Assembly (NCBI RefSeq): GCF_006345805.1
Contig: NC_043001.1
Span: forward strand, 98,890,001-98,954,000
Source of the DNA: Octopus sinensis
Taxonomy: Eukaryota
Direction of reading: 5' to 3'
DNA: 64,000 nucleotides
This document shows, piece after piece, positions 38,010-50,640 of the stretch (its first letter is position 1; every line of letters starts with the position of its first letter). The notes beneath the pieces were generated by a model, which searched no databases, was not told where the DNA came from, and was given only the letters and a program-made list of their open reading frames with translations. The position numbers were made by a program, and so were the translations under genes.

Positions 38010-38324
38010 TATATGTATCAAATGAAATAAATGAAAAACAGGACGCAAAGGATTTAGCGATACATATGTTTTGGGTTTATAGAACAAATTATTCTTACAT
38101 CAATGCATAATTGATATAATAGATAGATTGTACGCGGCTGAAGAAGGTTTTTGATCTATCTATTATATCAAATTTTTGTTGTTTTTGTAAAATCTCAGAA
38201 AATAATTAAAAATTCACATTTTTTATCAAATTATTATGTAAGAATAAGTTGTTCTATAAACCCGAAACATATGTATCGCTAAATCCTTTGCGTCCTGTTT
38301 TTCATTTATTTCATTTAATACATA
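38010..38324. mobile_element. Foldback element (arms 38010-38128 and 38153-38324) inside a copy B-specific insertion 37941-38320 in (TA)n; probable inverted PLE pLTR pair
   Basis: ~90 bp near-perfect outer IR plus an 18-bp inner IR (TTGATATAATAGATAGAT). A 60-bp piece of the same family lies in both TLR introns (8943-9003, 36019-36079). Confidence 0.75.
38134..38279 (+). ncRNA. Discontinuous type I hammerhead-like motif, sense to TLR-B
   Basis: GCGG-CTGAAGA-AGGTTT...(~105 nt)...AAACCC-GAAA-CATATG-TA-TCGC; palindromic stem III ACATATGT, GUA triplet ending at 38275. Confidence 0.6.
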
Positions 38325-38351
38325 TATATATATATATGTATGTATATCTAT

Positions 38352-38969
38352 AGTTCATAGATGAGAATCAGATATTCCCCATATAGAATACACTTAGTAG
38401 TGCTCAAGAGATTTAAACTTGAGCAGGTATAGAAATAATTGTAGGGATAAGAAAGTTGAACAGATCAATATATAAAGTATATCAAATACATGAAATACAA
38501 AAAAATGTATATATATGTTTACATACAAAAAGGTCCTACTTACAGAGAATACGAATAACATAGAGAATTAAAGGTGTTGAAGAAAACTAATACAAATCCA
38601 ACAGCTGTTTCTGGGGGCTCAGTGGTTCAAAATAATGTTTGTAGATTAATTCCATTGTAGAATGAGACTAGCCTCCATCTTCAGGGAAAAGATCTTATGT
38701 TTGAGGTGTTGGAGGAAAGAAGTTCAAAGATGGAATGATTTTTGTGGAGAGTTAAGTGTATTAGCAGGGAATTGGGGAGGTATTCAGAGAGAGAATAGTA
38801 GAAGGAGAAAATAAATTTCATGTAAACATATGTACATTTTTGTATTTCATGTATTTAATATACTTTATATATTGATCTGTCTAATTTATCCCTACATTTA
38901 CTTCTATACCTGCTCAAGTTTAAATCTTTTGAGCACTACTAAGTATAATCTGATTGTCATCTATGAACT
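38352..38969. mobile_element. Foldback element, orthologue of 10930-11558
   Basis: Arms 38352-38524 and 38820-38969. Confidence 0.7.
38597..38687 (-). ncRNA. Hammerhead-like motif, duplicate of 11173-11263
   Basis: Same core, stems and GUU triplet. Confidence 0.65.
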
Positions 38970-38970
38970 G

Positions 38971-39027
<57 letters not shown>

Positions 39028-39613
39028 GTGTGTGTGTATATATATATATATATATACATACACTCTCTCTCTCTCTGTATATATATATATCAACAAGCGC
39101 ACATCAGCTGCTATATATAGCACACACACACACAGTCGTCCACACATATATACTCACACTTGTCCCCAATCACACATACACATTCACACACACCATTATC
39201 AGATACACATGTGCATTTGCGCGCCTTAGTTTGTTGAGGTCACCATTGCTGTTATTATTATTATTATTATTATTATTGTTGTTGTTGTTGTTATTGTTAT
39301 TGTTGTTATTATATTACCTCCCTTTCATTCAGCCTCTTATTTCCAGTCATCTGGCTATGTTGAATGATTGAACTCTGCATATTTTTCTCTATCTGTTTTT
39401 TGTCATTCTCTCTCCATTTTTTTTTTTTTGCCTCTTAATCATTTTCCGAAGAGTGTAGGCACAAAATATAAAATACTTTTCCATTCTCCTGAGCATTAAA
39501 CCAATATACCTTTTTGATGTTCCTACACCTGTCTTCATCTTTTGTTTTCTGTAAATTTGAACTATATATATATATATATATACGCACACACACACACACA
39601 TAAATATACATAT

Positions 39614-40110
39614 TTAATGTCTGTTTTCCATGCTGGTATGAGTTGGATGGTTTGACAGGTGGTGGCTAGGCTTCATATCTGTTTGGACATAGTTTCTATG
39701 GCTAGATTCCCATCGTAATGCCAACTACTTTCTAAAGTGTACTGCTTCCATACCTGAAATTTCTTCTCTAGTTCTGCTAGTGATTCAGCAAGGTGATCAG
39801 TGTAGATAAGTTCGGAAAGGCAGCCAGTCATAAATTCCTCTATTATAGCCTGGAAGACTATGATAAACAAGAAGGGACTGAGAACCAATCCCTAGTGAAA
39901 TCCTGCTTGCACACTAAATTCCTTGCTTTACTCATTGGCAACTTTCACTTTTCTGACAAAATCCCTGTACATGGCTTTTACAGCTCTCACCAATCATTTG
40001 TTTATCCCTAGCTTCCAGATTGTCCTCCAGAAAAGGGAGCGGGGTACCCTGTCAAATGCTTTCTCATGTCAACAAAAGCCAGATACAGAAGTTGATTTTT
40101 GGCCAAGTAC
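39614..40110 (-). mobile_element. RTE LINE fragment, orthologue of 12005-12500
   Basis: VLSPFLFIIVFQAIIEEF...LIYTDHL; clearly more diverged from copy A than the TLR gene is. Confidence 0.75.
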
Positions 40111-40306
40111 TCCTGCTATTGCCTCACCAGAAAGATGACAGTAGTGCTTCTTCCTGACACAAAACCAAACTGTCTCTTTTAGGCTAACTCTCTTCCTAAT
40201 TAATTGAGCCGTGGTCCAGCAATTTAATGCCTCTGTAACACACACACACACACGTGTGTGTGCACACACACATACACACAAACACATACATGCATACATA
40301 TATATG

Positions 40307-40349
<43 letters not shown>

Positions 40350-40699
40350 TCTCGGAGTTGTTGGCATTAGGAAGGGCATCCAGCTGTAGAAACTCGGCCA
40401 GATCAGATTGGAGTCTGGTTCGCCAGACCTCAGTGAAATCGTCTGACTCATGCTAGCATGGAAAGCGGACGTTAACTGATGATGATGATGATGATGATGA
40501 TATATATGTATATATGTATATATATGTAAGGTGTCTTCAAAGCAAAACTGGATCTCCTCCTGTCAAGGATTCTGAATGAGCCTATCTCACGGCAGGATAC
40601 ACAGACAAGGGCAGAAGCATGAAATTCCCTTCTTCACCAAATGCCACATATCATAGGAGGTTTCAAAGAGTGAAAATGTAACAAAACCAATGTTTATAT

Positions 40700-43244
40700 G
40701 TAGGTGCAACTTTGTTATGTGGTCTACAAGGGAGATTACTTGAGGTTACTTTTAAATTATTTTGTACATATTTAGCATTGTAAATACATTTTATCAAATT
40801 CTTACTATTTTAATTAGAAGAAAACCATATAATAATTCAAATAAGCGCGTAGATCTCCCACCAAAGTAAATTTGCTCTTGTAGATAACACGGAAAGTAGC
40901 ACTAGCACAAAGTAAACTAAAAAGTAACCTAAATTAATCTCCCTTTAAATTGTAGATCCCACGCTCAAGTGGCACCTTTTTTTTTCTTATTAAATGATGT
41001 GAATTTAGTGCTGATTTCTTGTAAAAATGCAACTGGCTTCATCTCAAAGCTGATCACATTGCAAAAAAGCAACTGCTTTCATCTTGACACTGATCACATT
41101 GTAAAAATCTTTAGCCAACATCTTACAATCAACCTTGTCCCATTGCATAATTTAGGAGGATCTAAATATAGGACCCTTACCTTCAGAAAAATTCTACATG
41201 GTGGAATTCCAGGTGGCTCAGGAGAATCAAGGAACTTTGTTGGGTAATGGACAGCTTGATTTTCATCAAGGACTGAATCAACTGATTTGCACTCTTTAAT
41301 GATTGTTGGGATCTTATTTGTTAATCCTTGCAACTGTTTCATTTTTTTGAGCAAGAATTGCCCTTTCACACAACCATCTATGAGAACTACAATTATTACT
41401 TAAGTCTGGAAATACCCTGTTCTTCAATTCAGCTGGGGAATTCACCATGATAGCAATATGAGCCAAGCTGATATCACCATTCCTATCAAATGGTACTTTC
41501 CCATTTCCTAATTGGAGGAGCCAGGTTGAAAATTGTTCTGCACATTGGTCCCCATGTAATAAAGCTCGCACGTTAGTATTGAAGGAGAATTTTTGTACTT
41601 TATTCTATAGGTGCAAAGACTTAATGCATGCTTTTATTTCATCAAATCTTCTTCGCCTTGGAATGTCTGGTAATGTCTCTCTGAAGTCTTCTGATGAAAC
41701 TCATGTAACTCCTCCCAAAGATTTATTGTTGCCTCTCATGTCCTGTAAGGTCTTATCAAGAGCTTCCATTCCACCTCTATGTGACATGGTGCATTCATCC
41801 CAAATGATAAGGTGGCATTGGCACAACACTTCTGGTGAACTTGAATCTTTGCTTATGTTACAAAATGGACTGTCATTTGTCACCTGGTTTAGCAGTAATT
41901 TAAAAGCAGAATGGGCTGTTCACCCTCCTGAGAGGAATGGTGGCAGCAAAGTCAAACAATCCTACAGCAACTGCAATTCTTTTTTCTTGCCTTACCTTGG
42001 AGAGAAGCAATGTTGTTACAAATGTTTTACCTGTGCCACCAGGAGCATCAAGAATGAAAATTCCTCTGCTTTTTTCTGATGATTGTCGAACACCGCACGC
42101 ACACACATACACAGAGTCATATACATCTTTGAAACGAAAACATCCCTCCCTCCTGCACCCTGTAACAATGGTGGCCTCAATAAAGTGGGGCATCAGGGAC
42201 TTCACTACCAAGCAGGTCCTGTTGCACTGTTTAGGTGGATAAAGCATGTACTCTTTATCCCATTTGAGTTTTATTGAATGATTGCGTAAAATTTTCTTAA
42301 CAACAGGATATATTCTAAGTCTACACATGCACACACACTTGGAGTTATTGTTGTTGTTTTGAGTAAAAACATGCTGTTTGAGGTGTTCCACTCATTGGAT
42401 GGTAGGTTCTTTAGTGGATGGATTAAAGCAGTGGTTTATTTCTAGTATCATTATATCATCGAAGATTTAATGGCAGGAGATAAGTTTCAGCGAGGGCTAT
42501 CCTTTGTTTTGAGTTACAGAGTTGTCAATAATCTATCAACTGTTAAGGTACAACATTTGGTAAATTCTGTAAAAAATATTTATTTGTTTTTTCAACTGGA
42601 ATTGTACATTTTGTTTGATGTCAGCAAAAAGTGCAAAGAGAAAGAAAATGATAGGGATGGTGGAATGCGAGATATAAAGTGTGTATGTGTTGATGTGTGT
42701 GTGTGAGGGAGAGAGAGTGACAGCATACATTTAAAAAATTTTTTCTCGCATCTTTTTTGAGTGATTGACTGACTGAGAGAGTGTGTGATAGCGTAACTAC
42801 TCTCTCTGTCTCTCAGTCAAACGCACACTAAAAAAATTGCAAGAAAAAGTAAATAAATAAAATTTACACTATGTCTCTCTCTCTCTCTGTCTCATACGCA
42901 CAGTAACACACACCTCTTTCTCTGTCAATCACTCACACACTCACTCAAGAAAGATGCGAGGAAAAATAAATTTTAAAATGTAGTCACTCTCCCTCACACA
43001 CAGTACAGTTCGCCATTGCAAGAAGGGGACTTAACTCATGTTACAAATTTGGTAAAAGTTAAGGTTGAAAATCGATTTTTACTTGTATCCATGGGTGCCT
43101 CAGGAAAAATAAGTTGACAAAAGCACAGCCATGGTCGTGACCAATGTCCCCCCTCAAACTGGAGCGACATGCGTGCTAATTTGTGGACGTGCATAAATTA
43201 CATTCATGTACACACACACACATCCTACCTTTTATAGATATAGA
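40700..43244 (-). mobile_element. Helitron remnant (copy B): rearranged Pif1 helicase fragments plus probable 5' terminus
   Basis: DAPGGTGKTFVTT, IIWDECTMSH, RAILAQKNETV, PPKLCNGTRLIV; a second fragment PPKQCNRTCLVVKSLMPH at 42120-42300; subterminal IR ~42698-42790/42905-43001; A|TCTATATCTATAAAAGG at 43244. Confidence 0.75.
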
Positions 43245-46200
43245 TACATGCACATTATATACATATATGTATATACAGACACATACACATATATATAATC
43301 TTGAAAAACTGTATCGATTAAAATACTTGAGAACCTTTAACGAATATATAAATTACAGGAACGAATTTCAAAAGATACATCATGTCAGAATTTAAAAGTA
43401 CACCACAGGATCACTTAGTAAACCATTAACGTCTAGTTTGCATCTGCTTGATGTTGAATGATTCTAATGTTAGTTATCTCTTGTGCCTCTTTTTTTTTTT
43501 TTTGGTCTCTACAAGTGTCTTATTTAAACATTATCTGCTTGAAAGACAACTGACAAACAGTCTTGCTTTTTCAGCTCAATAAATGGCAGAATAAATTATT
43601 TCAACCAGGAAACACTGAGTAGCTATAATTGCAAGATTTGTGGTTTTTAATTTTAGATTTTATACATATGAGAGTGGAGCAAATCAAATCCCTTTCTCTT
43701 TTCAGCAGGAACAAAGAACCTATCGTATGGAAAAAAAAATCTCTTTATACTACATTTCAATATCAAATTGATGCAAAGCTTTTCAAGTTTTCTAGAAGTA
43801 TACACCTTGCTTAATAGTCAAAATGGATAGTTCTGTGTTCGTTGTTTAACTGTTAGTAATAAGAATGGAACAGGAAATAAACTGCTTGTTCTGTTTACAC
43901 TGTAACTGTTAAAGTTATGACTGCATGGATCTTGTAGGAAGATATTCCAAATAACCTCATTATCACAAGTACACAAACACATGTAGTAGCACTTAAACTC
44001 AAGGTGAGGAGTTTGGCATTTGAATATGGGAGTTGACTTTATAAGAAGATAACCCAGTTTTGAGTGGTAAATGTTAGTACTAGTAAACATTGCTTGCATA
44101 ATTTTCTTAAGTAACTGGACACCTGAAGCTTCATTCCTGGGTCATGCAACTAGTAGCTTCGATTATCATAATGTAACCTGTGTTTTCAATATCTGTGGAA
44201 CTGAGAAGTATGGATTTACTCCAGATAAAGTCTGAAAACTTGATAAAAGTCAATGTATGACAGTGAAGTCCATGAAAAATCATTCCTGAAAAAGAGGGCA
44301 AATAAGCTGGGATCATAGTATCATCAAACTATTGGTAACTTTGTTGTGTAATCAGTGCTATAGGTAACATTTCTTTCTATATATCTTTCATATTGTTCAC
44401 TCGAGTTCCCTTTAAGAACCATTTACTGTGGTGCACGACTATGCTCTATTAGTGTGGCGCATCCCACCAGCTGGATGACAATAGCAAAATTTCCTGCTTT
44501 TATGTATTTATAGTACACCAGGTAAAAAAAAAAAAAGGATTTTAACATTCATGACAATCAGGTAAGTCACACAGTGTAGTAATCATTCCTGATATCCAAG
44601 AGAATGGAGTAATATTGTTTCCCCCTACAGTTTACACAAGCTGCCCCTTGAAGGGACTGTTCTAGAGTCTTTCAAAAACCAGTACAACTCTGCTGCCAAC
44701 AAATGGATGAAGGCAAACAGTGTGATGATATTCATGGATCACTTGGGAAGATATTTCTCAAAGAAATATCTCCCACCATCAGCAGGTCAAGTCACAGAGG
44801 AGTAACATTTATTCTCAAGACCATAACATCTTAACTGAGGGTGATTTTTGCTCCTTCCAATGTGACATCCTTTAAACATTGAAGACTCCACTACAACAGG
44901 TGTAACAACTAATTCCATTGGCTAATTCTATGGCTGTAACATCAAACCAACCAGAACCTACATGTTCATGTTTCTTAATGCCAAGGGACATTTATCCTTT
45001 CACTGAAGCTGGCCCAAGTGAAGACAAGAGAAAACATAAAATGTTGTTCATGGCATGTAACTAGAATAATGTATGTAGTGATAATAATGAACTGTTGAAA
45101 CTGCTATTTTATAATCTGACAAGCTGTTAACTAGTGCGGGCAATGTCTTTCCTGTACCAAACCAGTTTTAAAAATAATACATTTCTCTTAACTCTTCAGT
45201 ATTTCTTTTTAATTGTCCCTAAAACCTATCTCATTCAGTTTGGTAGTCAAATTTGTTTTAATCTAAAACCAAAATCTCCACCTAAGGTTTTGTTTTTACC
45301 AACTAATTTGTAGCCTTGTGTTAGCGTAAAAATTACCTTATTTTTTGCATCTAGAGTACAAGACACCATTAAGATAACTGCCCGCTAATTTCTGTAGTGC
45401 CTTTCATTTTTCTGGAATTCATAACATAAGTACTTGTCAAATACTGGGGTTAACTGCTTATGCCTTGCCTCATATCTTAACTGAACAAAATGTTTTGTAG
45501 TATTTATCTGTCTCTTTATATTCCGAATATTACTCTTTTATTCCTCCAGGATATTAATCACCCCAAAATTTATGTAGTTCTAACGTTATAAATCTTTATA
45601 GGAATGATTAAACAGCCATATTAAAGTATAAAATTTAGCTCAAGGTTTGCAATTTGAAAACAAGTAGTCAACTTTCATCTTTAGACATTTATCTCTCACA
45701 AGTTAGTTGATAAAATGAGTACCAGTCATAGTTGGTTCCCTACAAAATATGTGGCCTTATGCCACTGTTAAATCTTGTGAATTTGATAAGCTAATTATTC
45801 ATTTCCCTGAGAAGGAACATTTCTTTAATTGCAAAATATACAAAGTACTATAGAAAAGTTCAAACTATTTTGTACAGGGGTTAGCAAATAGGATTTATTA
45901 TAAATTTTCATTATTACATGCTTCTACAAAAAAATTACAATACAATTTAATTATAACATGCAAATATGAATCCTAGCTTGCAAGTTGTCATCTTTCAACC
46001 TGAAACTAAGTGTTTGTTGTCAATGTCAGTGTACTGAGTTGCCTCATCAAGACTAAGTTCTTGATCACTTAGTCCAACTAGTAAGAAACTATAATTCATC
46101 AGTGTTCTATTTACATAACAAAACTGAATTCAAATCCTCCTGTGAATACAAATGATTGATTGATTGGTATTGTATCTTGGAAGAAACAGGGATCTAAACC

Positions 46201-47187
46201 CTCAATGACAAACTAATAATGTAAGCTTACTTTTTATACATGCACACGTTTTATGCATTTTACCAAGGCAGAGACAATTTTGTAATTGGGGAAAAAGCAT
46301 GGTTGATTGATTCAGTTTTAACTTTAACACTAATACACACACACACACAAAGAGAGAGAGAGAGTATGCTAATAACCACAAGGAAAGTTCATACTTTTGT
46401 AGAAAAGCCAATCCATTTTAGGATGGTGGTTGTTGAGAAAATATTGACAATGACCTTCATATAAAGTCATATAAAACATCAGCATTAGCAGACCTATACA
46501 ACCCAATACCTTTTGGAATTTTTTTTCTTATTATTGAAAGAGAATAGAGAAGAAAAATCTCAGAATCTCCTGAATGACACTACCAAAACCATCATGTAGA
46601 ATAATTGATAATAAATTAGAAATTTTAGTAACAAATTCTCAGATTTATGAAAGAAGTGAAATGATGACATTCCAAGTGACATTAATATGGTTTCACAAGC
46701 ATAACATTGAAAGCAGAGAATAGAATCAAATCATAAGGAGCTTACTTTCATATTTAAGATGCTCACTGCATTATATAAAACAATATCAACAAATATTTAT
46801 GATGATTATATAGTTTATTTAAAGACCCAGCAGTTTAGAAATGGAAAAAAAGTTGGTTTAAATCATTCAAGTCAAATACAAGTGAAATCAAACTGATCTA
46901 TGAAAATAAACAGAAAATGTTCTTTTATATATATATTCATATACAAAAGAGAGGGGAGGAAAAATATAATGGTGATGTAAAAGGATGACAAAAATATCAC
47001 ACAGCTACTGATGGCTGTGAATAACGACTGAATCTTCTATCTCCTTCTTTCTAGGAGATCTGGGACTGATATATATGGTAAGCTACTTGCTTGTAGCTAC
47101 ACTAAAGGATGGCAAAGTACACAGAAAAGAGCCTTTCATAGTCACTGTTCTTTATGTTCCTGAAACTACACATTAATTTAAAACAAA

Positions 47188-50100
47188 TTAATGAGGCCTT
47201 GGCCAGCGTGGTGGGCCACTTGGTCTCATGCCACGTGGTGGTCCGCCTCTCCCTTCAAATCTTGGGGGTCGTCGAGGCCCCATTCCACGCATATTACCTT
47301 GATTCCAACCACCAGGGCCATTGAAGTCAGACCCATGATCGCGTGGAGCCATTCCTCGGGGCCCTCCTCGACGTGGCCCTCCATCAAAACGAGGTCGTGG
47401 TCCACCAGGTCCATCAAAATTAGGACGTGGTCCTCTTGATTGATTCATTGCACCTCGATGCCCCATAAAGCGGCCGGGAGGTCCATGATCTCTGTTCATG
47501 TCACCAAGACCACCAAAGCCACCAAACTGTCCAGGACCCATATCCATACAACGATCCCCTTCAGGGAAGAAATCTGGTCTTCCCATTCCAGAATGATCCA
47601 TTCGCCCTCCTGGCCCACTGAAACGGCCCATTTGATCCATTCGATTCTCACCAGAATCTACATCCCTGTCGGGGCGCCCACGGTCTGAACGCCGAGTGTC
47701 TCTTTCAGGTTTGTCCCCACTGTTCTTGTCTTCATTTGAACCACTACGATCAGTTTTCTCATTTCTCTCACTCTTGTCAGACACATTACTACGTTCTGAT
47801 TTCTCAGTTGCAGTTCCAGGCCGATCTGTTTTCTCATTTGTTGCACTCCTCTCATTTTTCTCTCCACTACCACGATCTGCTTTGTTTCCACTTTTCTCTG
47901 ATTTCTCCCCACTACTCCCACGTTCAGACTTCTCGCCTGAGCTACTGCGGTCAGCTTTCTCTGTACTGCTACTACCTCCACCACTACTACTACTGCGATC
48001 TGTTTTCTCATTGCCCCTATCCGATTTGTCATTGCTGCTACTACTGCCACTACCACGATCAGAGCGGTCTCCACCACGATCAGACCTGTTGCTATCACGA
48101 TCTGACCGCTCACTACTACGATCTGTACGACTGCTGTCTCTTTCAGACCTATCAGAGCTACCACGCTCAGGTCGGCTACTGTCACGATCTGATCGGCTTT
48201 CTCTTTCTGAACGGTCACTGCTACGATCCAGCCTATCGCTTCGGTCAGATCTATCACTTCGGTCTGGCCGATCCCCACGATCAGACCGATCCCCACGATC
48301 AGACCGACCTTCACGATCAGAGCGTCCGTCTCTATCAGATCTATCTCTTTCAGAACGACCATCTCTGCGATCAGATCTGCCATAGTTGCTTCGATCTGAT
48401 CTACCATAGTTGCCACGATCTGATCTTCCATATCCACCACGATCAGATCTACCATATCCACCATGATCAGATCTGCCCCCCATGTGGTCAGGTCTGCCCC
48501 CCATGTGGTCTGGTCTCCCACCCATATGATCAGGTCTGTTACTCATATGATCAGGCCGCCCTCTCATCTGGTCGGATCTTCCCCCCATCTGGTCAGATCT
48601 TCCACCCATCTGGTCAGGCCGCCCACCCATGTGGTCAGGTCGTCCCCCTAATTGATCCATTTGTCCGCCCATGTGGTCAGGCCTTCTATTCATATGATCT
48701 GATCGTTGGTGGCCCATATTTGAACTACTGTCCCCATAATTCCCTGACAAGCCCATCCCTTCTGGAATCTGGGTTGAAATAGCCGGAGAAGGATCAGCAT
48801 CACTCCATCGGGTTCTCCGCTGATTTTCACTGCGACCTCCTGGCTTTTTAACCTCATCTTTTGGTTTTGATGATGAATAATCAGAATATCCACCACCACC
48901 GCCATAGTTCCCTTGACTATCTGGCTTATCCCCACCCCACCTCTGTCTGCCTCCAGACTGCCACTGATTCTCATTGCCAGGACGTGGCTGGTTATAACCT
49001 GAGCTTGATAACATAGAGCTACTGCCTGATTGTCCTATATCAGACCTGTAGCCATGCTGATCAGGTCGATTACTGTTGTCAATGCCACGATTCCCAGGTT
49101 GATCATAACCTCCATATTGACCCTGCTGATAACCACCATATGATTGCTGACCGCCAACATTGCCACGCTGGTTTGGTTGGTTAATACCACTGCCACCGCT
49201 GTTATATTGATTGTTTTGATTGTTTGTACCATAAGATCCTTGGTTTTCAGAATATCTGTTGCCACCACCATAGAAGTTCTGGTTGCCCCCAGAAAACTGA
49301 TTATTATTGCCGCCACTGCTGCTGCCACCACCACCACTTCCACTGTTATTATTTCCAGAATTACCATATTGATTTTGGTTTCTTCCATAAGAAGCTGACT
49401 GGTTGCTGCTGTACTGTGTTGGCTGAGAACCACTATAGTAATTAGATTGATTAGTATACTGGTTAGATTGGTTGGAGGTTGGGCTTTCTGAATAAGACCG
49501 CTGTTGATCACTACTGTACATGCTTACTTGATTATATTGGCCAGGTTGGCTAGAACTATACTGGCCCTGATTGCCAGGTGGCTGTTGGTACCCGCTATAC
49601 TGGTTAGTGTTAGCACCATAAGAAGCTGGTTGAGCAGATCCAGATCGGTCTGGCTGGCTAGAGTTATAAGAGCTCTGTTCTGTCTGACCATATGTTGAAT
49701 CTGATGAACTGTTGTATTGTTGCTGGCGTTGGTTGTAATCATAAGAATAGTTACTGCTCTGATAGGCTGGCTGCTCATTGTAAGGTGGGGAAGTGTACTG
49801 TGACGGCTGGCCACTGTAATTTGACTGCATGCCCCATGCCTTTGTATCAGTGCTTGTAAATTGAGGGGGTAAATTGAGCTGAGACTGGTTGTAAGAAGAA
49901 TACTGATCATTGTAACTACCAGGTTCTTGTTTCATAGGAGGTGGAGGTGGGGGTGGAGGGGGTGCAGAAGTGTTGGTGGGATTAGCAGTGCCATACCAGT
50001 TACCAGGGCTGCTATTTACTGTACCACTGACACCGCTGCTGCCACCACCGCCACTGCTACCTGCAGATCCAGCAACCCCACTGCGAGCTGCAACATCTGC

Positions 50101-50640
50101 ATCTGTACTGGAGTAGCTACCCTGATAGGACAGTGTTCCGTAGCTTGGGTTCTGAACATTGTAGGAAGCTGGGGTACTTTGGTCTCGATTGCCCCAACTA
50201 GAAGAACTAGTTTGGTACCCGTAACTGCCAGTCACTGACTGAGAACCATAGCTGCCGGCAGCACTGTTTGAACTACTGCTAGTGTATTGCCCACCATAGC
50301 CATCATAGGCTGAACGAGACTCTGGTTTGACATGAATGTCTTGCCACTGTGGAGAATTTTCTTCACCTTCACCACCATACTCCTGTTTGATGAAATCAAG
50401 AGCACTACTTGGGTCGGGTTTGATACGTTTCTCAGGAGGTTCTGTAACATCAGTTGCAGGACCCCATCTTGACTGGCGCCCTTCAAACCGATCTTTGTTA
50501 CCAGGAGGAGGTGGTGGTGGAAGCATTGGAGTTCTCTGTCCAGGAGGAAGATCCATTTGTGGTTTTTCTACTTTAATTATTTGGTGTGGAGGAGGAGGTG
50601 GTCCTTGTGACATCCGTGGAGAAAATGGCTTTTGTGGGCT
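47188..50640 (-). CDS. HNRNPUL1: HNRNPUL1-like, terminal coding exon (1150 aa low-complexity domain)
   Basis: Acceptor TTGCAG|AGC, phase 0, matching the upstream exon; uninterrupted ORF of Pro-rich, SYGQ-rich, R-x-D repeat and RGG/GPR segments; TAA at 47188-47190. Confidence 0.85.
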   Translation of the reverse strand, partial: SPQKPFSPRMSQGPPPPPHQIIKVEKPQMDLPPGQRTPMLPPPPPPGNKDRFEGRQSRWGPATDVTEPPEKRIKPDPSSALDFIKQEYGGEGEENSPQWQDIHVKPESRSAYDGYGGQYTSSSSNSAAGSYGSQSVTGSYGYQTSSSSWGNRDQSTPASYNVQNPSYGTLSYQGSYSSTDADVAARSGVAGSAGSSGGGGSSGVSGTVNSSPGNWYGTANPTNTSAPPPPPPPPPMKQEPGSYNDQYSSYNQSQLNLPPQFTSTDTKAWGMQSNYSGQPSQYTSPPYNEQPAYQSSNYSYDYNQRQQQYNSSSDSTYGQTEQSSYNSSQPDRSGSAQPASYGANTNQYSGYQQPPGNQGQYSSSQPGQYNQVSMYSSDQQRSYSESPTSNQSNQYTNQSNYYSGSQPTQYSSNQSASYGRNQNQYGNSGNNNSGSGGGGSSSGGNNNQFSGGNQNFYGGGNRYSENQGSYGTNNQNNQYNSGGSGINQPNQRGNVGGQQSYGGYQQGQYGGYDQPGNRGIDNSNRPDQHGYRSDIGQSGSSSMLSSSGYNQPRPGNENQWQSGGRQRWGGDKPDSQGNYGGGGGYSDYSSSKPKDEVKKPGGRSENQRRTRWSDADPSPAISTQIPEGMGLSGNYGDSSSNMGHQRSDHMNRRPDHMGGQMDQLGGRPDHMGGRPDQMGGRSDQMGGRSDQMRGRPDHMSNRPDHMGGRPDHMGGRPDHMGGRSDHGGYGRSDRGGYGRSDRGNYGRSDRSNYGRSDRRDGRSERDRSDRDGRSDREGRSDRGDRSDRGDRPDRSDRSDRSDRLDRSSDRSERESRSDRDSSRPERGSSDRSERDSSRTDRSSERSDRDSNRSDRGGDRSDRGSGSSSSNDKSDRGNEKTDRSSSSGGGSSSTEKADRSSSGEKSERGSSGEKSEKSGNKADRGSGEKNERSATNEKTDRPGTATEKSERSNVSDKSERNEKTDRSGSNEDKNSGDKPERDTRRSDRGRPDRDVDSGENRMDQMGRFSGPGGRMDHSGMGRPDFFPEGDRCMDMGPGQFGGFGGLGDMNRDHGPPGRFMGHRGAMNQSRGPRPNFDGPGGPRPRFDGGPRRGGPRGMAPRDHGSDFNGPGGWNQGNMRGMGPRRPPRFEGRGGPPRGMRPSGPPRWPRPH

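Larger units (their letters stand above)
28155..42110 (+). repeat. Segmental duplication, copy B (contains TLR-B)
   Basis: See copy A. Copy B-specific sequence at 30240-33248 and 37941-38320. Confidence 0.95.

Noticed and set aside
44100-45100. Possible decayed DDE DNA-transposon fragment
   Set aside because: Only vague motif resemblance; no TIRs or diagnostic residues.
47191-49698. Long overlapping or antisense ORFs (e.g. 47696-48385, 47736-48782, 47658-48521)
   Set aside because: They are shadows of the repetitive, GC-richer HNRNPUL1 exon, with no independent domain or splice evidence.
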